Assembly: GCA_963693055.1 (NCBI GenBank)
Contig: OY843751.1
Span: forward strand, 3,584,001-3,648,000
DNA: 64,000 nucleotides
Source: a bacterium
GTDB taxonomy: Bacteria; Zhuqueibacterota; Zhuqueibacteria; Residuimicrobiales; Krinioviventaceae
Reading direction: 5' to 3'
The position numbers and the translations under genes are program-made. Below, one piece after another: positions 9,521 to 18,942 of the stretch. Below the pieces are notes generated by a model. The model saw only the letters and a list, made by a program, of their open reading frames with translations, was not told the DNA's origin and searched no databases. Position 1 is the stretch's first letter, and each line of letters opens with the position of its first letter.

Positions 9521-10561
9521 CTATTTTCTGCTCCTTGCCATTGTTATAGCATATTCAATAGCATAAATCAAAGCCATGGGACTTGCAATCCCTTGCCCTG
9601 CAATTTCAAATGCTGTTCCGTGATCCACAGAAGTTCTAATGATGGGTAAACCCAATGTAATATTCACGCCACTAACATTTTGCATTTGCTGCTTTTTATT
9701 GTCCCACTTGAAACCTATCAGTTTGAACGGTATATGTCCCTGGTCATGATACATAGCCACACATCCGTCATAATATCCACCAACTGCCTTGGGGAACAAG
9801 GTATCTGGTGGAACAGGGCCTTCCACGTCCATCCCCTCGCCAACCGCTTGTTCAATGGCTGGACGTATATGCTTTATCTCTTCATCTCCAAAAAGCCCAC
9901 CATCTCCCGAATGCGGATTCAATCCTGCCACACCTATCCGGGGATTAGATACGCCAAATTGCCTGCAGGCCGCTTCCATAAGCTTGATAACATCCACAAT
10001 ACGATCTTTGGTTATAATTTCACAAGCCTGATGTAAAGAAACATGGGTCGTGACATGTATAACCCGAAAATTACCATGTGCAAGCAGCATGGCAACACTG
10101 GGTGTGTTGGTTAATTCAGCATAAATCTCAGTATGACCGGAATAATGATGTCCGGCAAGATTCATAGATTCCTTGTTCAGGGGGCTGGTTACTGTAGCGT
10201 CTATCTCTCCTACAAGAGCAAGTTCAATGACTTTTTTAACAGATTGATACGCGGCATTGCCACACATAGCATTGATTTCACCATATTGCAATTGCTCCAT
10301 ATTTACCAGATCCAGATCCATTACATCAATGGTGCCGCATTCAAATCTCGCATCACTTACTCGAGTACTTTTGTGGATATATAAATCCTTTCCACTAAAA
10401 GTCATTGCTTGTTGTAAAACATTTGCATCACCTATTACTATAGGCTTACACTTTTCATAAATATCAGGAAAGGCCAATGCCTTTATAATAATCTCTGGCC
10501 CTATTCCGGCCGGATCTCCCATTGATATTCCTAATATGGGTTTTGATTCAACATTTGACAT
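9521..10561 (-). CDS. pdxA2: PdxA2-type D-threonate/D-erythronate 4-phosphate dehydrogenase
   Basis: MGDPAGIGPEI, GHTE, HVTTH, GLNPHSGDGG, AMYHDQGHIPFK and RTSVDHGTAF; adjacent to a DUF1537 kinase. Confidence 0.9.
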   Translation of the reverse strand: MSNVESKPILGISMGDPAGIGPEIIIKALAFPDIYEKCKPIVIGDANVLQQAMTFSGKDLYIHKSTRVSDARFECGTIDVMDLDLVNMEQLQYGEINAMCGNAAYQSVKKVIELALVGEIDATVTSPLNKESMNLAGHHYSGHTEIYAELTNTPSVAMLLAHGNFRVIHVTTHVSLHQACEIITKDRIVDVIKLMEAACRQFGVSNPRIGVAGLNPHSGDGGLFGDEEIKHIRPAIEQAVGEGMDVEGPVPPDTLFPKAVGGYYDGCVAMYHDQGHIPFKLIGFKWDNKKQQMQNVSGVNITLGLPIIRTSVDHGTAFEIAGQGIASPMALIYAIEYAITMARSRK

Positions 10562-10574
10562 TTGTACTTTTTCT

Positions 10575-11501
10575 CTAATTCATCAATTCTTTTAATGCGA
10601 TTTCGATTTGTTGCGCCTCTAATAACGATAATGCTAAAATCGGTGGCAATACAACTTTTTCACACAATCCGAGTGAATGCATGCATACTTTGAGTGCTGC
10701 AAGAGACTGGCTTAGAATGCGATCTTTTTGGTATACAAGAGATATATCATTGGTCGCCTTTTGCAGCGTTTCTGCCTGTTCTCTCTCTCCTTTTATTGCG
10801 GCATTGTACAAATCCCGATACATACCAGGAACGATATTTCCGGTACTGGGTACAATCCCATCCGCACCATTTAAAAGCGCATATGTAGATTGTGCGGCCC
10901 AGCCTATTAGAAAACTAAAATCACTATTGTCTTTCCACAGGGTTATACATTTATCCAGCCTTGCTGGGTCTCGTTCAGAGTCTTTTAATCCTGAAATATT
11001 GGGATGTTTACTCAACGTTTCTAAAACATCCAGAGGAATGGACATCCCCGTAGTTCCGGGGATATTGTATACAATCAACGGGACAGGACTGGCATCTGCA
11101 AGCTTCTCAAAATACTGCAACATATGATTTGGGGTCAATGGATAATATTCCGGTAAATGTGCTACTACCGCATCAACACCCAAGTCTGCAAATTGCCGGG
11201 CCATTTCAACACTGATCTGAAAACAAGTGCTGTCAATACCTGCATATGTCAACTCTTTTTTGTTCGTCACACTTACCATTTCCGAAACCAGCTTAACTTT
11301 TTGATCCAAAGGTATGGATGCCGCTTCTCCGGTTGTTCCCAATACAAAGGGACTGGTTTTGGCAGCAACCAGATGCTCGGTAATTTTGGCAACGGCTCTT
11401 GTATCAACTTTATTCGAGTTAGTAAAAGGTGAAACCATGGGTACAACCACACCGCTGTATTTTTTTCGACTAGTCAATATACATTCCTGTTTATAATGCA
11501 T
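10575..11501 (-). CDS. DapA/NAL-family class I pyruvate aldolase (candidate Dha aldolase)
   Basis: GVVVPMVSPF, GTTGE, YNIP and Schiff-base lysine in GLKDS. The true start may be TTG at ~11477. Confidence 0.88.
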   Translation of the reverse strand: MHYKQECILTSRKKYSGVVVPMVSPFTNSNKVDTRAVAKITEHLVAAKTSPFVLGTTGEAASIPLDQKVKLVSEMVSVTNKKELTYAGIDSTCFQISVEMARQFADLGVDAVVAHLPEYYPLTPNHMLQYFEKLADASPVPLIVYNIPGTTGMSIPLDVLETLSKHPNISGLKDSERDPARLDKCITLWKDNSDFSFLIGWAAQSTYALLNGADGIVPSTGNIVPGMYRDLYNAAIKGEREQAETLQKATNDISLVYQKDRILSQSLAALKVCMHSLGLCEKVVLPPILALSLLEAQQIEIALKELMN

Positions 11502-12636
11502 TCATATAAATTTCAGTGGCAATTTTTTCATCTATTGTGAGTGGATTATTTTTCAATAATCGGGTAACGGTTAATGCAGATTTAACCATGCCGGGTATAT
11601 CATCCATTGTAATGCCAAATTCTGACATTTTGAATGGTATACCAATATTTTTCATCAGGGATTTAAGAGATTCCACTCCGGCCATAGCAGTATCTAAATC
11701 AGTATCAGCAAGATCTGCTCCCAATGCCAATGCAATCTGCGCAAATCGCTCCGGTGCGGATGGTATGCTTGCTTGCATTACATATGGCATCATAACCGCT
11801 ATGGACAATCCATGGGGTACATGAAATTCTCCGCCCAGGGGATACGCCAACGCGTGAACAGCCGCAGTGTTAACAGGGCCCAGGCACATACCGCCATACA
11901 TACTCCCCAAAGCCAATCTTGAACGGGCTTCTTTATCTTGTCCATTCTTCACCGCGGTTTCAAGATTTTCCGAAATATAGCGAATACCTTCAAGCGCATA
12001 CATATCTACCATGGGATGTGCGTTAATATTGATATACGACTCGAGGCAATGCGATAGAGCATCAATGCCTGTAAATGCAGTAACATTGGGTGGAACTGAT
12101 AAAGCCAACAACGGATCAATATAGACCCGATCAGGTACCAGCCAGGGGCTAATGATCCCTTTTTTCAGATTGTCATGTTCATCCAGCAATATAGAATTGG
12201 GAGACACTTCACTGCCCGTACCTGCGGTAGTTGGTAAACAGGCCAGGAATATTTCCCTACTCTGCAAATTACCAATGCCAATAGTATCATATATATCCTG
12301 ATTTTTATTACAGAGTGCTGCTACTATCTTGGCCAGATCCATTACACTGCCCCCACCTATAGCGGCTACACTATCGATACTATGACTTGATGCAATTTCC
12401 CGTATACGTTCTGCATCGCGAACTATGGGTTCATTAGCAAGATCATCAACAACAATTACGGAATCACAAGATTTTTGTAAAATTTTGATTTGTTCATCAA
12501 TAACAGGAACCAATGGTGCAATGGTTACAATTAATAAACTTTTAAACTTTAAGGATAAAATATCATCTACAAACTGATCAATGCAGTTTTCTCCGAAAAC
12601 AACATGACGTGGAAATGTAAAACTTGTATTTTTCAT
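11491..12636 (-). CDS. Iron-containing alcohol dehydrogenase (candidate threuronate reductase)
   Basis: GGGSVMDLAK, PTTAGTGSE, GIDALSHCLE and HALAYPLGGEFHVPHG metal-binding motifs. Confidence 0.92.
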   Translation of the reverse strand: MKNTSFTFPRHVVFGENCIDQFVDDILSLKFKSLLIVTIAPLVPVIDEQIKILQKSCDSVIVVDDLANEPIVRDAERIREIASSHSIDSVAAIGGGSVMDLAKIVAALCNKNQDIYDTIGIGNLQSREIFLACLPTTAGTGSEVSPNSILLDEHDNLKKGIISPWLVPDRVYIDPLLALSVPPNVTAFTGIDALSHCLESYININAHPMVDMYALEGIRYISENLETAVKNGQDKEARSRLALGSMYGGMCLGPVNTAAVHALAYPLGGEFHVPHGLSIAVMMPYVMQASIPSAPERFAQIALALGADLADTDLDTAMAGVESLKSLMKNIGIPFKMSEFGITMDDIPGMVKSALTVTRLLKNNPLTIDEKIATEIYMNAL

Positions 12637-12662
12637 AATTTATAATATATTTCTCCCAAATA

Positions 12663-14549
12663 TTAGTATCTTGTTCTGAAATTCTTTAAATAATATACAA
12701 CAGGTGCAACAGGATCGTCAGGTCGTTTTTCATCAAATCCCGGTACAAATTGATCACCGCTTTTGTATTCGGTCACATCATTGGTTAAGCGATAATCGCC
12801 TGTACGAAAGATAATCCGTTCGGGAACAGTCCCTTTGGCAGAAAAAGCAGCGTTTGTTACCAACTTTTCGTCATTTAATGATAAATTAAACTGTTCTTTT
12901 TTTGCGTCCAGATCGATCATGACAGTATACCATTTCCCGGATTCAATTTCAGTAACAGATGTTGCATTGTTGTTCCCTTTTTTCACCAAAAGCGAACCGG
13001 TTGTGTCAAATCGGGCCTGTACCAAACGTTCTCCTTTGGCAGACACAACTTCAACATCAAGCACCTGGTGCTGACATTCTGCATATAAATCAAACGAGAT
13101 TTGCTGTTTTTCAGATTTATTAAATACCCGTACAGCCTTGGCATAGTCATAGGGATCCACATCTTTGAGCATCAAACATTTTTCAGATGCATAGGGTGCT
13201 ACTACAACCTCTACCGGGCACCATTTGGGGCTGTAAACATTCCAGTCTGTAACAACACCACCGGTTTCCATTTCATTAAAATTATCATTAATGGGACCTG
13301 TAACATCTCCGCGCACAGGCACCGGTATGCGCGAAATCCACATATCCTCTTTACTCACTGAATAAACAACCCAAAGATCATTGCCCGGGGGATTACCATT
13401 CCCTTCAATAATTCCTCGTACATATTGAGGTCCGGGTCTTTTTTCACGTCCCCAAAACCGTTTGAGGGGTACTTCACTGTGGACATTTAATAAATTATCG
13501 AAATGAATCCCATCATCTCCGGTAGCAATACTTAGTGGATGTCTGGCAAGGCCGCCAGTTGGATTATAAACCAATGCATACTGCCCGTTATCCATACGCT
13601 GTGCCCAAATCTTAGCACCGGCATAACTCAGAGTATTACATTGTACGGGTTCTGACCAGCTTTCTCCTTGATCAAAGCTCAAAGTAGTCCAGCGAGCTTT
13701 AAAGAAACCAACCAGTACACTGTCAGGACGGGTATAGTAACAAAAAGCCTGTCCCGGACTTTTCTCTCCATCGTCCATGATCCAGGGAACACGATAAAAA
13801 TCATCCTTGTTTGCTGCAGTGCGATCTTCTTCCCACCATTGTATGCGTTTGACCTTGTCATTTAAAAAAGCATCACAGGCAGATACAAAACCTTTATCAT
13901 TAGATTCTGTATACATGGGGTAAGTCATGTCTTTTTTACGCCCAAAGTTGGCTTTGATACTGTAAATGGGACCAAAGGTATTGTCCTTATAAACTTCACG
14001 CACAACTCGTCCAACACCGTCACCTTTATTGCCGCCATAAAAACCAAAAGCCAACAGCCTGCCATCAGGTGCTACATAAAAAGCCATACGTTGGTGCATG
14101 TGAATGAGATCTACCCAGTCGCCTTCTCCCGGTAAAAAATAGATGGGAAATATAACCTGGGGCTTGCTCCAGTTTTTGCCATCTTTAGACATTGCAACAA
14201 GTGTTACGCCCGGTGGAATGTGTTCACCAGTGGGATTTGACAGATAAATACAATAAAACATGCCATTCCAATATGTCAGCATAGGTGCATGGTTATAGGT
14301 CCACCCCATATCATCAGCCAGCTCGGGATGGGTGCGGTTGGCCCGCAATATCTGATAATTTTGTACACCCACAGCGGGACGGAATTGTCCGTCATGGTAA
14401 CCTGAATCATAATCGCTATTTGACGTGGTTACCGGCCCAACATAGCGTACCGGTTCAGATTTATCTCCAGGTTTAGCATAAATTTGGATAATACTTGACA
14501 ATACAATCAGCAGAGTTGATATAATGTGTTCAATTTTCATTCGTTCCAT
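12663..14549 (-). CDS. GH143-like Dha hydrolase (resembles the N-terminal part of BT1020): beta-propeller + beta-sandwich, secreted
   Basis: Signal peptide; HDGQFRPAVGVQNYQILRANR, WTYNHAPMLTYWNG, MHQRMAFY, GPQYVRGI and Asp-box-like SKDGKNWS / SFDQGESWS. The family match is recalled, not searched. Confidence 0.72.
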   Translation of the reverse strand: MERMKIEHIISTLLIVLSSIIQIYAKPGDKSEPVRYVGPVTTSNSDYDSGYHDGQFRPAVGVQNYQILRANRTHPELADDMGWTYNHAPMLTYWNGMFYCIYLSNPTGEHIPPGVTLVAMSKDGKNWSKPQVIFPIYFLPGEGDWVDLIHMHQRMAFYVAPDGRLLAFGFYGGNKGDGVGRVVREVYKDNTFGPIYSIKANFGRKKDMTYPMYTESNDKGFVSACDAFLNDKVKRIQWWEEDRTAANKDDFYRVPWIMDDGEKSPGQAFCYYTRPDSVLVGFFKARWTTLSFDQGESWSEPVQCNTLSYAGAKIWAQRMDNGQYALVYNPTGGLARHPLSIATGDDGIHFDNLLNVHSEVPLKRFWGREKRPGPQYVRGIIEGNGNPPGNDLWVVYSVSKEDMWISRIPVPVRGDVTGPINDNFNEMETGGVVTDWNVYSPKWCPVEVVVAPYASEKCLMLKDVDPYDYAKAVRVFNKSEKQQISFDLYAECQHQVLDVEVVSAKGERLVQARFDTTGSLLVKKGNNNATSVTEIESGKWYTVMIDLDAKKEQFNLSLNDEKLVTNAAFSAKGTVPERIIFRTGDYRLTNDVTEYKSGDQFVPGFDEKRPDDPVAPVVYYLKNFRTRY

Positions 14550-14573
14550 GAGTTTTCCATAATTTATAATGTA

Positions 14574-17279
14574 TTAAAAATGATCAGCTATACCTTCGGA
14601 AAGGAACTGATAACTACCGGATTCAAGTTCAAAAATCACCAAGTCATCCTTTATTTCAATAAAACGTACGCCAACAGATTGATCAACAGGAGCCATATTC
14701 TCCTTGACCTGTTTTATATTCACGGCAGGTAAATGCAATTCTGCTGTTGTATTTGCGGGTATGGTCACATCCAGAACCAGATCATTGTCACGGATTTTCC
14801 AGCTTGACTCGATACGGCCATACAAGGATGTATAATGCGAATTGACATACGTTATTCTCTTGTTGGGTTGCGGCTTTAACAGGATTTTTCTAAATCCGAC
14901 CTCTTTGGCATCAATACCGGCCATGACCGAAAACATCCATTCACAAACAGAACCAAACGCATAATGACTGAATGAATTCATACCATCGGGGTTAAAACCG
15001 CCATCAATGGTATAACTGTTCCAGCGTTCCCAAATTGTGGTAGCGCCATTAACTACCGAATAACCCCATGATGGAAAATCTGTATTTAAAAGCAATTGAT
15101 AAGCAATATCCGTATAACCGAAACGGGTCAATGAGGGCAGCAGATGTTTAACGCCCAGAAAACCGGTTGCCAGATTACCATTATTTTCTTTAATCAAATC
15201 AGCAAGATATTTTGCAGCCCTTGCCTCCTGCTGTGAATCCAGCAGCCCAAAATAAAGTGCCAGAGTATAACTGGTTTGTGTATGTTCAGAGATGCGACCA
15301 TTACTTGCCACATATTTATCTTTGAATGCCAGACGGATTTTTTCAAAAAGATCAGTGTAATAATCAATGTCACTATTTTTTCCCAGAACTGAAGCCATTT
15401 CAGCCATCAGTTTCACATCATACGCGTAAAATGCACTGGCCAAATAATCAAGCGATGTCTGTGCGCCGATTGCCAGCCAGTCACCCCAGTCATTTTCATT
15501 TGCCGCAAGTAGGTAACCATCAGAACGATTGTTCATATAGTCTATAAATTTTTGCATTGCCGGATACATGTACTCGAGCAGACGTTTATCTCCATACATC
15601 TGATAGATAACCCAGGGTACAATAACGCCGGCATCTACCCATCCCGAGGCTTGTTCATTTTTGAATACAAATGAATACGGTGCCCAATCGGTAAAAATCC
15701 CATCATTTTTTTGTGCGTCTACCAGATCAACCAACCATTTACGCATAAAGGAAGCAATATTTGCATTATATGCTGCGGACCGGACATAGATTTGCGCATC
15801 TCCGCTCCATCCACAACGTTCATCTCGTTGCGGGCAATCAGTAGGCACTTCAAAGAAATTGGACCGCTGGGTCCACAATATATTGCTGTATAATTGGTTC
15901 ACCATATCATCAGAGCACTCTAACCGTCCTGCCGGGTGAATATCAGAATTCACAATAATACCGGTTACTGTATGTTCATCCGGCACAAAAGACAATCCTC
16001 GTACCTCAACATACTGAAAGCCGTGATAAGTGAAACGTGGCTGCCAGAGTTCCGTACCGTCACCATTCAGGATATATGTATCAATCGCTCTGGCAAAACG
16101 CAGGTTCTCGGTCATTAAACTGCCGTCGGGATGGAGCATTTCACCATAACGGATTACAACCTTGCTGCCTGCCTCTCCTGTCACTTTGATCCGTGCAAAA
16201 CCTGCAAAATTTTGTCCCATATTAAAAAGGTACACACCTTGTTCAGGTTCGGTAATTTCAACAGGTGTCATTTCTCCTGTCATACGTACTGGCACAGTAG
16301 GATAAGCCTCTAAAACACCTTTTGCAGGTTCAATGAGATCAACCGGTTTCCAGGTTTTTTCTATATAGCCTGCAAGGTTCCAACCTAAAAGTTCGCTACA
16401 GGCATCATAGGTTTCGCCCATGAACAGGTCCGCTTCTTTAATCGGGCCTATGGCAGTAGTCCATGACGAATCAGAACAGATGACTTGTTTCTCGCCATTT
16501 TCCAGCTCCACTTCCAACTGACACAACAGCGCGGGGGTATCGCCATATTGGTTACGGGGATTGGGGATATTTTGGTCCAGGCAAAACCCTACATAACCGG
16601 CATACCAACCATCAGCAAGTATGGCACCAATGGAATTTTCACCCTTGAATAAATAATGTGTTACATCAAAAGTATGATAATAGATACGTTTGTTATAATC
16701 TGTCCAACCGGGCACAAACATCCGTTTTCCAACTTTATCACCATTAATTGAAGGCTCTACCAACCCCAATGCAGTGACATACAACGTTGCCTTGGCTGGA
16801 GTCTCATCAAGCTCGAACGTTTTCCGCAGAAATGGGCTGGGCGGCAATCTCAAATCTTTACCGCGAAATTCAGCAGGATAGTCGTTCAAATTCCGGTTAC
16901 GCCCTATCCATTGGGCTTGCCAGTCATCCTTCTCAAGCAATCCCATAGACCACATATTAATATCACTCCAGGGTGACCATGTGTCATCTTTGTCCCAAAT
17001 TCTGACTTGCCAGTAACAGTGCATACGGGATTTCAAAGGTTTTCCCTTGTAAGGAACAAGCACGCACTGATCACTCGTTATTTTACCGGAATCCCAGAGA
17101 TCAGCAAAGTCACGTCTCAACAAGTCCTGGCCGGAAGCCACACGAATCTGATACGCGGTCTGTTTTTGACCGCGTTGTTCAGATTCAATAATCCAGCTTA
17201 AACCCGGTTGAGTAACATCAATCCCAAGGGGATTATCGAGGTACTCACAGGTTAGTTTATTTACACTTGCATCTGTCAT
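14574..17279 (-). CDS. GH78 alpha-L-rhamnosidase, no signal peptide (probably cytoplasmic)
   Basis: LTCEYLDNPLGID, PTDCPQRDERCGWSGD, GATTIWERW and MNSFSHYAFGSV. An in-frame TGA four codons upstream of the ATG excludes an N-terminal leader. Confidence 0.93.
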   Translation of the reverse strand: MTDASVNKLTCEYLDNPLGIDVTQPGLSWIIESEQRGQKQTAYQIRVASGQDLLRRDFADLWDSGKITSDQCVLVPYKGKPLKSRMHCYWQVRIWDKDDTWSPWSDINMWSMGLLEKDDWQAQWIGRNRNLNDYPAEFRGKDLRLPPSPFLRKTFELDETPAKATLYVTALGLVEPSINGDKVGKRMFVPGWTDYNKRIYYHTFDVTHYLFKGENSIGAILADGWYAGYVGFCLDQNIPNPRNQYGDTPALLCQLEVELENGEKQVICSDSSWTTAIGPIKEADLFMGETYDACSELLGWNLAGYIEKTWKPVDLIEPAKGVLEAYPTVPVRMTGEMTPVEITEPEQGVYLFNMGQNFAGFARIKVTGEAGSKVVIRYGEMLHPDGSLMTENLRFARAIDTYILNGDGTELWQPRFTYHGFQYVEVRGLSFVPDEHTVTGIIVNSDIHPAGRLECSDDMVNQLYSNILWTQRSNFFEVPTDCPQRDERCGWSGDAQIYVRSAAYNANIASFMRKWLVDLVDAQKNDGIFTDWAPYSFVFKNEQASGWVDAGVIVPWVIYQMYGDKRLLEYMYPAMQKFIDYMNNRSDGYLLAANENDWGDWLAIGAQTSLDYLASAFYAYDVKLMAEMASVLGKNSDIDYYTDLFEKIRLAFKDKYVASNGRISEHTQTSYTLALYFGLLDSQQEARAAKYLADLIKENNGNLATGFLGVKHLLPSLTRFGYTDIAYQLLLNTDFPSWGYSVVNGATTIWERWNSYTIDGGFNPDGMNSFSHYAFGSVCEWMFSVMAGIDAKEVGFRKILLKPQPNKRITYVNSHYTSLYGRIESSWKIRDNDLVLDVTIPANTTAELHLPAVNIKQVKENMAPVDQSVGVRFIEIKDDLVIFELESGSYQFLSEGIADHF

Positions 17280-17461
17280 GAAGCTGTATCATCCTTTTTC
17301 TTTTGCATCCAAAACGGAGCAGTTAGAAACCATAAAAACATACCCGCCAGCATCAGCTGTGCGTGCAGGTTCCAGGAAATCACCTGTTTGAACACAAAAA
17401 ATGAGGGTAATATTGTCAAAGCCAGACCTATATATGACAATACCATTAATAAATTTCTCAT
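17276..17461 (-). CDS. Small two-TM membrane protein coupled to the NCS1 permease and GH78
   Basis: 61 aa with two hydrophobic helices and an LWFLTAPFW motif; 3-bp gap to the permease and ATGA overlap with GH78. Confidence 0.8.
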   Translation of the reverse strand: MRNLLMVLSYIGLALTILPSFFVFKQVISWNLHAQLMLAGMFLWFLTAPFWMQKKKDDTAS

Positions 17462-17464
17462 AAC

Positions 17465-18901
17465 CTAGGCCTCCACGGTTTTGTTAAGATCAGTACTTTT
17501 AACACCAAACAGACCATATTTCTGTTCCAATGCGCTAAACACAATATAAAAGATTACGGTAATGAACCAGCCGGGAAGTGCCAGAAAATAGATTTCAAGG
17601 CTGTATTTAAAATACAGATAGAGACACACAGCCAGTGATCCACCCCATGCAAGCGCGGATGGAATACTGAACATTTTATTCATCAATTCAGCATAGTTGC
17701 TTTTCAATCCAATTTTTGGGAACACCCAGAAATCGATAAAAATAAATGCGCCAACTGGCATAAAAATGAGGCCATAAAGCGCAACAACTTCGGTTAAACG
17801 GTTTACAACCGCCGGAAACATGGCAATAATTGTAGTTGCAGTACCGGCAACCAGGGTCACTTTCCAACGTTTCCAGTTCGGTGTAGCCACCTGGAACGCC
17901 AAACCTGCACGGTACAGGGTAGGATTCGCAGTAGTCCATCCTGCAACCACAACGGTTACCGCACCAACAACACCTGCGCCTAACAATGCAATGGGACCGG
18001 GAGCAATGCTGTTATTGGGATTAATAGCAAGCGCAGCAGCACACAATATACCGGATGCTACCCAGGCCACGTAATGCCCTAAAAACATGCCAAAAGCGGA
18101 TGCAAAACCATAGGTCCATTTTTTTGCATAACGGAACAATGTCATGTCTGACATACCAATATGCTGATGAAGATTACACAACCATGAGAAAAAAATTACA
18201 TGCCAGATGGTGAATTTTGATTGGCCGGCAACTACATTACCAGTCCAGATTTTTTCATTGGCAACAGACCAAAAATCACCCAGTGAGGTCACACCCAGTT
18301 TGGGCAATACCGCAAAAGCAGATGCAACAAAGACCAGAAACATCCAAGGTGCGCTGACTTTGGCAAACTTGGCCAGTTTTTCAAAACCCAAAATGGCAAG
18401 TAAAGAAACCACTGTTCCCACTGCAAATACAACTACTACCCAGGTAACACCAGTGGGCATGGTATCTGTCAGTTTGGGCATGGGCATATTAAAAGGAAGT
18501 CCCACCGCGGTTGCCGAAACAGTAACCATAGCCCCGGCTAGAAGGCATAAAATTAATGCGTACAAAATCCCATAAATAAAAGTTAAATAGGGACCACAGA
18601 TTTTTCGGATCTGCCAGTAAACGGTCAAACGGGTCCTGACTGCGATTGGAGCGCAGTACAATGCCCAACTCAAAACCGCCAGAATATTACCAATGATTAG
18701 ACCGATAAACAGGTCAGGTGCGGTTACACCATGTACAACAAACAGGGGTCCTAACACAAATTCTGTTCCGGCAATATGCTCGCCAGAAAACATTGCAATA
18801 AAATTCGATGATCCCTGCAATTTGTCTTTTGACACGGGCTCACGGTCAAATTCATACAAACCGTCAAGCCGCTTGATCAATCCACCTTTTTCTTTACTCA
18901 A
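17465..18901 (-). CDS. NCS1 / purine-cytosine permease-like transporter
   Basis: About 12 TM helices; GEHIAGTEF, GLIIGNILAVLSW, DMTLFRYAK and GWTTANPTLYRAGLA. Confidence 0.82.
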   Translation of the reverse strand: MSKEKGGLIKRLDGLYEFDREPVSKDKLQGSSNFIAMFSGEHIAGTEFVLGPLFVVHGVTAPDLFIGLIIGNILAVLSWALYCAPIAVRTRLTVYWQIRKICGPYLTFIYGILYALILCLLAGAMVTVSATAVGLPFNMPMPKLTDTMPTGVTWVVVVFAVGTVVSLLAILGFEKLAKFAKVSAPWMFLVFVASAFAVLPKLGVTSLGDFWSVANEKIWTGNVVAGQSKFTIWHVIFFSWLCNLHQHIGMSDMTLFRYAKKWTYGFASAFGMFLGHYVAWVASGILCAAALAINPNNSIAPGPIALLGAGVVGAVTVVVAGWTTANPTLYRAGLAFQVATPNWKRWKVTLVAGTATTIIAMFPAVVNRLTEVVALYGLIFMPVGAFIFIDFWVFPKIGLKSNYAELMNKMFSIPSALAWGGSLAVCLYLYFKYSLEIYFLALPGWFITVIFYIVFSALEQKYGLFGVKSTDLNKTVEA

Positions 18902-18942
18902 AGTTCACTCCTGTAGATTGGGTTATATTGTTAAGTTAATTT

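Noticed and set aside
9521-11501. pdxA as vitamin B6 synthesis and dapA as lysine synthesis
   Set aside because: Adjacency to a DUF1537 kinase, SSS transporter and glycosidases indicates catabolic paralogues, and no pdxJ or dapB is nearby.
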